From: Candidatus Falkowbacteria bacterium | Lineage (GTDB): Bacteria > Patescibacteriota > Patescibacteriia > UBA11705 > JABHMO01 | Direction of reading: 5' to 3' | Length of the DNA: 64,000 nucleotides | Assembly (NCBI GenBank): GCA_018674305.1 | Contig: JABHAL010000002.1 | Location: 4,496 to 68,495 of the forward strand | Shown here: piece by piece, positions 49,018-58,189 of the stretch | How positions within the stretch are numbered: position 1 is the stretch's first letter | How the letters are laid out: every line of letters begins with the position of its first letter | The notes under the pieces: generated by a model | Database searches by the model: none | What the model was told of the DNA's origin: nothing | The model's input: the letters and a program-made list of their open reading frames with translations, nothing else | Translations under genes and position numbers: made by a program

Positions 49018-50295
49018 TTAATGCGTCGCGCAACTGATACATGGATCGTATGCCCGAATCAAAGTTTTTATTAACGAATCTCTCTTCTTATCTGACAACT
49101 TTTTAATTTGCGGCAAATATTTCTCAAGATCTTTTTCCAAATTAGCCAAAAACATAGCGGTTGGTGTAATTACATTGCAATGAATAATTTCGCCCACCTT
49201 GTTAAATTCATATTCATGATACAAGATCCCACGAGGTGCCTCCATCACAGCATAACCCTTACCAGCCTTAACTATGAAATCAACTTTTAGGTTTTTCATA
49301 AACTTCGGTTTTGCTCGCAGTTTCTCATATTGGACAAAAAGTTTATTTATCTCCTCAATTGAATTAATAATCTCAGTTGTCTGGGCTACTATATTATAGA
49401 ATGAATTATAACACGGCAAGTTCACTTTTAGCTTATTCCAAGAAGCTTTTGCCTCTTTGTTCAGCTGAGCATAATTATTGTTCACTCGAGCAAGAGCGCC
49501 AACCATGAACGTTTCTTTCATATGATGTGAGCGTTTAACTTTTTCATATGGTAAAACAGTTTCTTGCACGTCACTTAGGAAATCCTCGACTTTATCATAA
49601 CTATCATTATCTGAGAAATAAATGCTCCCATCATAAACTGCATATTCATTTTTATTTTTCAAAGAAACATAATTTGTTGGTCTTTGAAACTTTGGTAATT
49701 TATATTTCAAAACCACATCATGAATTTGCCTAGCTTGTAATAGAACTTGCTTTTGTTTTTGCATTAATTCTTTAAGTTCAACAAAGTCTGGCTCAACATT
49801 AAATCCACCAACTACACTATTAATCGGATGAACGGTTCGACCTCCAACAACTCGCGCTAACTGCACTCCCCAATCACGAACTTGAAGAGCAATTTTTGAC
49901 TCTTTGGTATACTTATTTATCAAAGCAAAATTATTACTAACACCTACGATATCAGGAAACGAGAAAAAGAAAGCATGTACTGCATGACTATGAATTATTT
50001 GCGCATTTTCTAGGATCTTACGAAGCAATATTATTTCCGGAGTTACCCTGACACTAAAAGCTGCCTCAACGGCCTTAATTGAAGTTAAATTATGCACAAT
50101 CGGGCATACACCACAAATCCGCGAAGTTACAATCGGAGCTTCGTAATATTTTCTATTTAATAATATTCCTTCGATCAAACGAGCTCCCTCTTCTGTGTCC
50201 ACGCGAGCTTGAGCAAAATCATTACCAAGCAAAGCCCCAACGAAACTCAGGTGGCCTTCAGTTTTGGCGATGTGATTTATTTTAATAGTTTTCAT
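49018..50295 (-). CDS. [NiFe]-hydrogenase large (alpha) subunit, group 3b/sulfhydrogenase-like
   Basis: N-terminal RICGVCPIVH (RxCGxCxxxH) and C-terminal DPCISCATH (DPCxxCxxH) Ni-Fe ligand motifs. Length about 425 aa. Confidence 0.85.
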   Translation of the reverse strand: MKTIKINHIAKTEGHLSFVGALLGNDFAQARVDTEEGARLIEGILLNRKYYEAPIVTSRICGVCPIVHNLTSIKAVEAAFSVRVTPEIILLRKILENAQIIHSHAVHAFFFSFPDIVGVSNNFALINKYTKESKIALQVRDWGVQLARVVGGRTVHPINSVVGGFNVEPDFVELKELMQKQKQVLLQARQIHDVVLKYKLPKFQRPTNYVSLKNKNEYAVYDGSIYFSDNDSYDKVEDFLSDVQETVLPYEKVKRSHHMKETFMVGALARVNNNYAQLNKEAKASWNKLKVNLPCYNSFYNIVAQTTEIINSIEEINKLFVQYEKLRAKPKFMKNLKVDFIVKAGKGYAVMEAPRGILYHEYEFNKVGEIIHCNVITPTAMFLANLEKDLEKYLPQIKKLSDKKRDSLIKTLIRAYDPCISCATH

Positions 50296-51314
50296 AAAGG
50301 ATATTTTATTTTACCTGTATTAACAATTAACATTTTTTTATCTTTCGGTAATTTGTTTTTCAATTGAAGCATCAACGCCAACCCAGCAATACCAGAGGCC
50401 TCACAATCTATTTGTTGGCACGCAGCAACTCTCAAGGCCTCATCAATAAATTGTTCTTTAACGTTATAAACATCCGATTTCGAACCACAATAACCAGCAT
50501 AGCGATAAAGTTTAATCCACTGCTCATCATAATTAACAAAGGGCAAATGAGGGGAAAACAATTTATTAGCCTTAGTCTTCGGATTGTTAGTGGTCGACCC
50601 AAAAAAATTACAAGCTCTCAATTTATTCACTCTACCCCTAAACCTTGGGTCATGATGACTTGTCACAACCTCCCGTTTATTAATATTTAAAATATTTTCA
50701 AATAAATGTCCCGACCCAAACGGAACAAAACAATAGTCAGGAGAACTGTTAATAATTTCATAACTTAACCAGTCATAATATCTAGTTGTCGGATCAAGTG
50801 CTTCACTTGACGTAATATCGAAACCATTTTTATTTTTTGTTAATCGCAAAATTTCATTCCAAGAAAACGCTTTTTCACTTAAATCAGTTTTAAATATCTT
50901 GCAACCAGTTTTATACAAAAATTTCAGAATTTCATCATCAATGTGATTATCAACTAGTACTCGCAAATTAGGTAATTTATACTTTTTCAATTGCACCTGA
51001 ATGGCAATCGCTGCTGAACCTGATGAGATTATTGAAACATCGGGTAATTTACTTATTTGTCCCCCTTTTTTTGACAACAAGAAATCACGATAAGTCACTA
51101 CCATTTCCCAAGCCATTCTATCTTTATGCGTCCCCGTTGGATTATGACTTTCATCCTTCAACCAAACATTATTAAATCCAGGTACTTTTATTTTGTAAGT
51201 TGGAGTAGCGGGAAACTTCGGATCATCAACTGGAAATTCGGGCTTTTCTGGATTATTTTCCGATGCAATTACAATTGACTTTAATATTTTTTCTTCTTGC
51301 TTGGTTAATGCCAT
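50292..51314 (-). CDS. PLP-dependent fold-type-II enzyme (threonine-synthase/cysteine-synthase superfamily) embedded in the hydrogenase operon
   Basis: LKDESHNPTGTHKDRMA matches the K-[DE]-ES-x-NPTGS-[FH]-KDR lysine motif. Gly loop PFGSGH. Overlaps the large-subunit start by 4 nt (ATGA). Confidence 0.7.
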   Translation of the reverse strand: MALTKQEEKILKSIVIASENNPEKPEFPVDDPKFPATPTYKIKVPGFNNVWLKDESHNPTGTHKDRMAWEMVVTYRDFLLSKKGGQISKLPDVSIISSGSAAIAIQVQLKKYKLPNLRVLVDNHIDDEILKFLYKTGCKIFKTDLSEKAFSWNEILRLTKNKNGFDITSSEALDPTTRYYDWLSYEIINSSPDYCFVPFGSGHLFENILNINKREVVTSHHDPRFRGRVNKLRACNFFGSTTNNPKTKANKLFSPHLPFVNYDEQWIKLYRYAGYCGSKSDVYNVKEQFIDEALRVAACQQIDCEASGIAGLALMLQLKNKLPKDKKMLIVNTGKIKYPL

Positions 51315-51327
51315 AAATAATTTCTAA

Positions 51328-52095
51328 TTATTTTCTAAGTTTATTTCTTTTCTTCCAAACTAACTCTTTAACGCCAAAAACTTCAAAAAATTTAGAGATT
51401 TCTTTATCTGAATATTTTTCTTTTAATTTTTTGATTAAATTATCTACTTCCGCATCTTCAACTAAACCACGACAACCCCAACAGCCTTGCATTGATTTTG
51501 TACAAATAGCATCACATCCGCCTTGCGTAATTGGCCCCATACAGACCTCACCATATTGCAAAACACACTTTTGTCCCCTCACTTGGCACTCATAACAAAC
51601 TGGATTTTGAGTAATAGCTGGTTCTTTGCCAATTAATAGCTGGTATACAAAATCATAAAATTCTTCTCCTGTTATTGGACATCCTGGGATAGAAAAATCC
51701 ACCTTAACGTATGCACTTAGTGGCTTGACATCCAAATTCTCAATTCCCTTTTCACCTTGATAAACATAATCATGAATTTTGTTTTTATCTTGATACATTT
51801 TTAAATGATAAATTCCACCCATATGTGCGCAACTACCAATTGAGATGACATACTTTGAATTTTTCCTAACCAACTTTAACTGTTTGATATCTCGCGTGGT
51901 CAAAGGGCTACCTTCAACAAAAACAATATCGTACTTTTCATCTGGTGAGTGTTCGTCCTCTTCAAATAAACGAAAATTTACTATTTCAATTTTTTCATTC
52001 AATTCAAGTAACTTATTTGGTAAATCTAAAATCGCAACACAGCAACCTTCACAGCCGGTCAATGGGAATATTCCTACTTTTATTTTGTTATTCAT
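51328..52095 (-). CDS. [NiFe]-hydrogenase small (delta) subunit
   Basis: GCEGCCVAIL proximal-cluster CxxC motif at the N-terminus and further Cys clusters, including CPITGEEF. Length about 255 aa. Confidence 0.75.
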   Translation of the reverse strand: MNNKIKVGIFPLTGCEGCCVAILDLPNKLLELNEKIEIVNFRLFEEDEHSPDEKYDIVFVEGSPLTTRDIKQLKLVRKNSKYVISIGSCAHMGGIYHLKMYQDKNKIHDYVYQGEKGIENLDVKPLSAYVKVDFSIPGCPITGEEFYDFVYQLLIGKEPAITQNPVCYECQVRGQKCVLQYGEVCMGPITQGGCDAICTKSMQGCWGCRGLVEDAEVDNLIKKLKEKYSDKEISKFFEVFGVKELVWKKRNKLRK

Positions 52096-52128
52096 AGTAA
52101 TAAGTAAAATGTAAAAGGTAAAAAGTAA

Positions 52129-52497
52129 TCACAACTGTTTTTGAATTGATTTTATCAAACCATTTATAAGTCTTTTCACCTCATCTGCATGATTTACTAA
52201 CTCTTCACAAAAACTGCTTTCTAATATATTAAGACCTCTTGAAACAAGTAAAAAACTTTGCACTTCTGACAACGAACCCCTCGCTTGATAATAAAATCGA
52301 ATCTTATCTTTGAAATAATAGCGAGAAAATCCTTCAGCAATGTTGGCGGTGATCGATATTGAAGCTCTTCGGATTTGACTTATAAGTCCAAATTTTTCTT
52401 CAGCAGGAAAATCCGATGTCACCTCATAAACTTTTAAAGTAAATTTATATGCACGTTGCCAAGCCTTTAAATCGTAATAATTATTTATTTTATTCAT
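52129..52497 (-). CDS. four-helix-bundle protein (TIGR02436, '23S rRNA intervening sequence protein' family)
   Basis: YDLKAWQRAYKFTLKVYEVTSDFPAEEKFGLISQIRRASISITANIAEGFSRY is the family signature. Confidence 0.8.
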   Translation of the reverse strand: MNKINNYYDLKAWQRAYKFTLKVYEVTSDFPAEEKFGLISQIRRASISITANIAEGFSRYYFKDKIRFYYQARGSLSEVQSFLLVSRGLNILESSFCEELVNHADEVKRLINGLIKSIQKQL

Positions 52498-52530
52498 AAC
52501 AGTCCCTTATTACCCTTTACACTTTACTGG

Positions 52531-53004
52531 TTACTTTTTACGTTGTTCCAAAATTGCCTTTAATTCTTCAGGTCGATTGGTTACAAAAAAGTATGGTCGT
52601 CTTTGGCCAGCAACTGTAATAACTAAACCTTTACCTCCCCGAGGCACATAACCAACTGTTTTGTCACGACCAAATCGAATACCGTAACCTAAATAATTTT
52701 GAAACTTATACTCACTAAATTCTATTTTTTTTATTTTACTTATTAAAATACGCTTGCGGAATTTCATAAACCCGAAGATTAAATGCGTATCACTTACCTT
52801 GATGTTTAACTCTCGAAAAGACGCCAAAATGAAAACATTCAACAATAAAATAATTGCTAATACAGTTTTTGAAGCGTTGTCCAAAGCAATTGGTTTATCT
52901 GTGTACTGCGACATTAGAATTATAAGAAAAATCAAACAGGTGATTACCAGAATCGCAGTAATTAAATGATAAGTTTGAACCTTGTCTTTGAAAATTGTTG
53001 GCAT
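52531..53004 (-). CDS. membrane protein with bacterial PH (bPH/YdbS-like) domain
   Basis: Two N-terminal TM helices followed by a roughly 90-aa beta-rich domain of bPH_2 type. Confidence 0.45.
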   Translation of the reverse strand: MPTIFKDKVQTYHLITAILVITCLIFLIILMSQYTDKPIALDNASKTVLAIILLLNVFILASFRELNIKVSDTHLIFGFMKFRKRILISKIKKIEFSEYKFQNYLGYGIRFGRDKTVGYVPRGGKGLVITVAGQRRPYFFVTNRPEELKAILEQRKK

Positions 53005-53024
53005 ATTTTTTATCTATTCACTCA

Positions 53025-53822
53025 TTAAAAATAATTTACACTTCTTAAAAATTCATAATTAAACACAGGACCATCTTTGCAAATATACTTGGACCCAATA
53101 GCACAATGCTGACACACTCCTACTCCGCAATGCATTCTTTTTTCCAATGAAAAATACATATTAGCTGGCTCAACCTTTTTGGCCAAAAGTTCTTTCACAA
53201 CGAACTTGTACATTATCGCTGGCCCACAGACAAACACTAACGAATTCTTCAATAACTTCTTTTTCTTTATTAAGTCCGTAACAAATCCTTTTTGTTTAGC
53301 AAACCCGGGAATAGTTTCATTTTCCAAAATCAATCCAAAATCATGTTTGTTTTTTATTTTTGAATACTCTCTTTTGAATACTAGTGATTCCTGTGTCGAA
53401 CAACCAACCAACACTTGAAGCTTAATATCTTTACGATTGCGATTTTCTTCGAACACGCTTCGCAATGGAATAAAACCACAACCACCACCGATCAGAATTA
53501 AATTTTTAGTAACCTCAGGAAATCCGTTACCAAAAGGTCCACGCACAAAAGCTTTATCGCCAACCTTCAGGTTATTTAATTTAGCAGTTAATTCTCCAAC
53601 ACTACGAATTGTTAAACAAAAATGTTTATCTGACAACTTTGGGCTCGAAGAAATTGAAATAGGGCATTCACCAAAACCTGGTAAGCCAATTTGCATAAAC
53701 TGCCCTGCCAAAAATTTTAATTCATTTTGCTTGTCCAAACTAAAATAAAAAGTATTGGTAATTGAATTTTCTTTAACTACTTTAATAACCTTTGCTGGTT
53801 GTAGGGCATATTGATTTTTCAT
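53025..53822 (-). CDS. sulfhydrogenase gamma-like subunit (FAD/NAD(P)-binding oxidoreductase with C-terminal 2Fe-2S site)
   Basis: Ferredoxin-reductase-like fold motifs and C-terminal CGVGVCQHCAIG...C. Confidence 0.75.
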   Translation of the reverse strand: MKNQYALQPAKVIKVVKENSITNTFYFSLDKQNELKFLAGQFMQIGLPGFGECPISISSSPKLSDKHFCLTIRSVGELTAKLNNLKVGDKAFVRGPFGNGFPEVTKNLILIGGGCGFIPLRSVFEENRNRKDIKLQVLVGCSTQESLVFKREYSKIKNKHDFGLILENETIPGFAKQKGFVTDLIKKKKLLKNSLVFVCGPAIMYKFVVKELLAKKVEPANMYFSLEKRMHCGVGVCQHCAIGSKYICKDGPVFNYEFLRSVNYF

Positions 53823-54793
53823 ACTTTTTTCAATTCTTGCAAATTCTCAGCAATATTAATTTCAACTGGGCAAGTTTTGTAACAACGCATACAACTAACA
53901 CAACCATAGTAATCGAACTCATCAGGAATGCGTACAAATTTATGATAATACCAAAAATATAATTTCTTTTTTACTGAATCCAATTCTTTATTACCACCCG
54001 TTATTTCAGAAAACTTTGGATAAAAACAGGTTGTCCATTGTCGTGTTTTCACGACTTGATCAAATTCAACCTTATCCTTCTGGTCAAAGCAAAAACAGGT
54101 TGGACAATGGATTGAGCACTTCCCGCAACTAAGACAAATTTTAGCTAATTTATCCCATAGTGGGTGGTCAGGATTGTTCAATATTGCTAGCTTTTTTTGT
54201 TCAATCAAAGGATTGGGACCATGCTCAGGTATAAATCCAGCAAATTCAATATTTTCGTAGTCTTCAATTTTACTTTTTTCCAGAAGCTGTTGACCTTTTT
54301 CCGAGCCGGAAAACAAAATCAAATTACCACTCTTCTGTCTTTCAACAAAAACATCAAAAATAAGATGCTCTAACACATCTTCTTCATATTTTTTATTAAA
54401 CACTTTGTATTTACGTAAATCATCCTCAATGCCATTAGTTAAACCAATATAATGTAAGGATTGTCGACGCTTTTGAAAATAATAATCTTTAGCAAAAACC
54501 TGTTCAAATAAAGCCAAGGCTCGTAAATCTAAAATATTTAATCCAAGAATAAAAATAGGCTTTATTTTTTCATTAATAACTTTAGCTACGTCCTTGGAAT
54601 ATGTCGCCATATCTTGTTTAGCTGGCAAAACAATTGACTTGAATGAATTCAATGGTATGTCACCAGACCAGTCCATATCCCCCGGTTTAAAAATTTGTTT
54701 AACTAAAACCATTTCTCCATCTTTAACTGGAGAATAAACGAAACCCTTTTCTAGCAATTTTGCTACAAATTTATCAAATTCAGACTTTTTCAT
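53819..54793 (-). CDS. sulfhydrogenase beta-like subunit (Fe-S cluster protein)
   Basis: CLSCGKCSIHCPTCFC and CVSCMRCYKTCP ferredoxin-type 4Fe-4S motifs. Overlaps the gamma start by 4 nt. Confidence 0.75.
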   Translation of the reverse strand: MKKSEFDKFVAKLLEKGFVYSPVKDGEMVLVKQIFKPGDMDWSGDIPLNSFKSIVLPAKQDMATYSKDVAKVINEKIKPIFILGLNILDLRALALFEQVFAKDYYFQKRRQSLHYIGLTNGIEDDLRKYKVFNKKYEEDVLEHLIFDVFVERQKSGNLILFSGSEKGQQLLEKSKIEDYENIEFAGFIPEHGPNPLIEQKKLAILNNPDHPLWDKLAKICLSCGKCSIHCPTCFCFDQKDKVEFDQVVKTRQWTTCFYPKFSEITGGNKELDSVKKKLYFWYYHKFVRIPDEFDYYGCVSCMRCYKTCPVEINIAENLQELKKV

Positions 54794-54886
54794 ATAATAG
54801 GATTATAACAAAATTTTCACCTAAACAAAAGAACGAGCTGTGATTAACCTGCTTACAGCAGGTAGGCTCGTCCTTTCAACTATGAC

Positions 54887-54971
54887 TATTTACACTTACA
54901 GGTCTTACAACCACAGCTGGTACATTTAGATTTACACTTGCAAGGAGCGCATTTACATTTGTCACATTTCA
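54887..54971 (-). other. either a 28-codon Cys-rich micro-ORF (MKCDKCKCAPCKCKSKCTSCGCKTCKCK) or an (ATTTACA)n site array upstream of the hydrogenase operon
   Basis: 11 Cys in 28 codons on the minus strand. The same DNA shows at least 5 copies of ATTTACA/TGTAAAT. No SD. Followed by a nested hairpin (54826..54876) before the operon's first gene, hydB. Confidence 0.2.
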
Positions 54972-55009
54972 TAATAATACTTTATTTTTATAGTTAAATT
55001 ATAACACAA

Positions 55010-56227
55010 CTAATCCTGCAAGCGAAATCCACCAACTTTATTACGCAAGCGATTGAGTTTCAATAAAAATGCAGGTTTAATAGTTAATTCCCCATAGCGA
55101 TCATTAATTTCATCAAGATATGGTAAAAGTTTTTTTTGTTGACGATCTTTTGAGAATAACGGCAACTGTTGGTAATCTTTTACTAAATTACTAACATGAA
55201 TTCCAAGTAAACGTACAGCATTGGGAAATTTGAAATTTGAAATCTTCTTTTTTCCAAGTTCATAAAACCGAAAACTATCATTCAAATAACCTGGAAAAGT
55301 TTTACGTACTCCACCGTGAGTAAAATCAGCATACCTCCAATAAACAACTATTGTCTTACCAGCCAAATTATTACGACGCAGTTCACGGCCGGTCTTTTCA
55401 CATAGATGCAGTAATACAGTGAGTATCTCAGTTTTATCAAATGTGTTCTTAGCTAAAGTATATGACCGGCCAACAGATTTTGCTTCTGCTTGTTGTAAAT
55501 AAGAGGTGACTGGCTCGTTATCTTCACCCCACGACATGTTCTGAAGTTTCTCACCATAAAAAGGACCGAAAATCCTGCATAGTTCCGCCTTTGGATATTC
55601 TCTAAGCTTGCTAACAGTATCAACACCTAAATCACTCAAATGCTTTTTTATCCGCCTACCAATACCACAAAAATCATCTAATTCAATATTGCTCAAAACT
55701 GCCTCTTTATTTTGATCATTAATAAAAAACAAACCATCTGGCTTGTCTAATCCTGAGGCTAATTTAGCCAATAATTTATTTTTCGCAACACCTACTGAAC
55801 AAGTAACCCACTCCCCTAACTCGGCCTTAATTTGGGCTTTGATTCTCCTAGCTGAACAACTTATTTGTTCAGCATCTTTGCAATAACCAGTCATATCCAA
55901 AAAGGCTTCATCAATACTAAAAACCTCTACTTTTTCAGTATACTGCTTGAATATTTCTATCATTTTCCTAGAAGCGTTTTCGTACTTTAATCCATCTGGT
56001 TCTACAAAAATAAGAGCCTTACAAAGAGCCTTAGCCTCAAATGGCAACATGCCCGTTTTGATCCCCAACTTCTTAGCCTCCACAGATGAAGCTACAATTA
56101 CGCTCCGCGAACCTTCCTTGCCAGAAACAACGATCGGCCTACCGCGAAGGTATGGCCGGGCTTGCTGTTCAATGGTGGCAAAAAACGAATCCATGTCTAT
56201 GTGAAAAATTGTTCTCTCAATTATCAT
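55010..56227 (-). CDS. dinB: DNA polymerase IV (Y-family)
   Basis: IFHIDMDSFFATIEQ, SIDEAFLD and the little-finger domain are the Y-family hallmarks. Confidence 0.85.
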   Translation of the reverse strand: MIIERTIFHIDMDSFFATIEQQARPYLRGRPIVVSGKEGSRSVIVASSVEAKKLGIKTGMLPFEAKALCKALIFVEPDGLKYENASRKMIEIFKQYTEKVEVFSIDEAFLDMTGYCKDAEQISCSARRIKAQIKAELGEWVTCSVGVAKNKLLAKLASGLDKPDGLFFINDQNKEAVLSNIELDDFCGIGRRIKKHLSDLGVDTVSKLREYPKAELCRIFGPFYGEKLQNMSWGEDNEPVTSYLQQAEAKSVGRSYTLAKNTFDKTEILTVLLHLCEKTGRELRRNNLAGKTIVVYWRYADFTHGGVRKTFPGYLNDSFRFYELGKKKISNFKFPNAVRLLGIHVSNLVKDYQQLPLFSKDRQQKKLLPYLDEINDRYGELTIKPAFLLKLNRLRNKVGGFRLQD

Positions 56228-56465
56228 AGTATGCTTCTGATAATAACCATTTATTACTTTCTGTATTGAAACACAATTTGAAATAATTCCCGTTCGAACT
56301 TACTGAATAATAATAAACCTTGTCCCGGCCGATTCTTTCGCTATTAACCAAATTCACTTTATTTATTGAATGTTTTTTATTATTCCAAGAAAAAGAAAGC
56401 GGCATCACCCGATCCCGCATAAAAGCAACTAAAACTTCGATTTGTTGATTGATTTGTTCTAACAT
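56217..56465 (-). CDS. small hypothetical protein overlapping the dinB start (possible Y-polymerase accessory)
   Basis: 82-aa ORF overlapping dinB by 11 nt. No motif recognised. Its position resembles YolD-like accessory genes found upstream of Y-family polymerases. Confidence 0.3.
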   Translation of the reverse strand: MLEQINQQIEVLVAFMRDRVMPLSFSWNNKKHSINKVNLVNSERIGRDKVYYYSVSSNGNYFKLCFNTESNKWLLSEAYYDN

Positions 56466-56962
56466 ATCATCATTCTAAACTACCCGATAAACTTCACCAA
56501 GTTTTAAAAGGAAAATCAGGTAGTATTTTTTTATTCCGACAATCTCTTTAGAAATTTTAAAATTGATTTCTTGATATCTTCAGTATTCATACAAATAATA
56601 AGGCTAAACAAAGCTAGACACGGCAATAAGGCTCCACTGCCAAAGACTAACCAAGTTTAAAGATTAATCTTAATAATTAATTCTGGAGTTAAAGGGATGT
56701 AGGTTGGTGTCATAAAAATAATAGGGCTAAACAAGGCTAGATAGGGCAACAAAATTCAATTACAATTTGTTCTCCAAATTTAAACCTTGAATCATTAGTT
56801 TATAATAGTACTCGATTAAACATTAATTGTTAAATCCTGCCACAGGGCAACTACTGTACGATAAGCTTTTTTCATTTTTCTTTTATGCATATTTTTGAAA
56901 GGTGGAGGAGAGTTAAATATCCCATGCTTATAAAATATCTAACCCTCTCTCCTTATGACTTA

Positions 56963-57427
56963 TTATTTTAAATAAATTACTTTACCAATTGGCATACGAT
57001 CATGTCCAGTATATTCCATAAAAACACTGCTTGCCTTAGTTGTCATCATGTACACTCGCGTAATGTTGTGGTGACGAACTTTTATTGCTTTCAGCCCTTC
57101 CGGAGTTTTGAACCATTTTTTCTTTTCATAGCCCATTACACTAGGAACAGTCACCACCTTTGGTGCTAGCCAGTCCCAACGGCCATCTTGAAGTGATTCT
57201 TGCTTAGCCCAACCTGTCTTCGGTAGCTTCAACAGACTATCTCGATTACCCCAATGATATAGCTTCACTCCATCATCTTCTTCTACTGGTAAAAATGGTT
57301 TATCTTGCCAAAAGAATGATTGCACTAACCTGCCCTTGCGCTGTTTTTCAAACTCTTTGCTCGTAAAAAATTGTTCTAGCTCTACAGGGTTAATCTTATC
57401 AATATAAAATGAAATTCCTGCACACAT
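56963..57427 (-). CDS. hypothetical protein with Cys at position 2, downstream of lexA (possible SRAP-like or SOS-associated)
   Basis: MCAGISFY N-terminus resembles MCGRF of SRAP/YedK thiol nucleophiles, but the protein (154 aa) is shorter than typical SRAP. Separated from the lexA stop by about 90 nt, co-oriented. Confidence 0.3.
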   Translation of the reverse strand: MCAGISFYIDKINPVELEQFFTSKEFEKQRKGRLVQSFFWQDKPFLPVEEDDGVKLYHWGNRDSLLKLPKTGWAKQESLQDGRWDWLAPKVVTVPSVMGYEKKKWFKTPEGLKAIKVRHHNITRVYMMTTKASSVFMEYTGHDRMPIGKVIYLK

Positions 57428-57520
57428 AAAATAAGTAATTGGTAATTAGTCCCGATAAATCAGCAAAGCTGATTATCGGGATCCCTCCTTCCGTCGGGAT
57501 AATGAGTAACTTGTAATAAC

Positions 57521-58123
57521 CTAGGCGAATTTACGAATAATGGCTCTAACTACTCCACGAATTGCAACATCTTTGCAATAAATAGGTTTCATGGTAGCAT
57601 TTGCTGGTTGTAGTCGAATCCGATTAGTTTCTCGATAAAATTTCTTTAGAGTAGCAAAAGCATTATTCAAAAGAGCTACTACCACGTCTCCATTTCTTGG
57701 AGAATGATTTCTTTCAACAACTACGAAATCACCGTCCAAAATTCCTTCTTCAATCATCGACTCCCCGCTGACTTTTAAGACAAATGCATTCTCATCTGGA
57801 ACTAAATCTGCTGGGACTGCCATAGTTTCATGATCTTCGACAGCTTCAATTGGTTGACCAGCGGTAATTAGTCCAACTAGTGGTAATTCAATTGACTTAC
57901 TGAGTTGCATAACTTTTGATGTCAATCCAATCCCCCTTGGTGTATCAGAACTTAAATCTAGATATCCCTTACTTTTCAATGTCTGTAAATGTTGATGTAC
58001 AGTCGCTGGAGAGGATAACCCCATACCTTCGGCAATCTCTCTATAACTTGGTGAATAATCATAGTCTTGCATGAAACTTTTCACGAAGTTAAGTATTTCT
58101 GATTGTCTCTTAGTTAAAGTCAT
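57521..58123 (-). CDS. lexA: LexA repressor
   Basis: N-terminal winged HTH (SYREIAEGMGLSSPATVHQHL), Ala-Gly cleavage region, S24 peptidase Ser (SGESM) ... Lys dyad. Confidence 0.85.
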   Translation of the reverse strand: MTLTKRQSEILNFVKSFMQDYDYSPSYREIAEGMGLSSPATVHQHLQTLKSKGYLDLSSDTPRGIGLTSKVMQLSKSIELPLVGLITAGQPIEAVEDHETMAVPADLVPDENAFVLKVSGESMIEEGILDGDFVVVERNHSPRNGDVVVALLNNAFATLKKFYRETNRIRLQPANATMKPIYCKDVAIRGVVRAIIRKFA

Positions 58124-58189
58124 ACGAGTTGATGTTTAATTTATAATTTCCAATTTTTCAATTTTCATTAAATTTGTAATTTTCAATTT

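Noticed and set aside
56594-56755. Possible CRISPR array from the two ~38-nt direct repeats
   Set aside because: Only two copies, imperfect (about 75% identity), irregular spacing, no cas genes nearby. It is not a CRISPR array.
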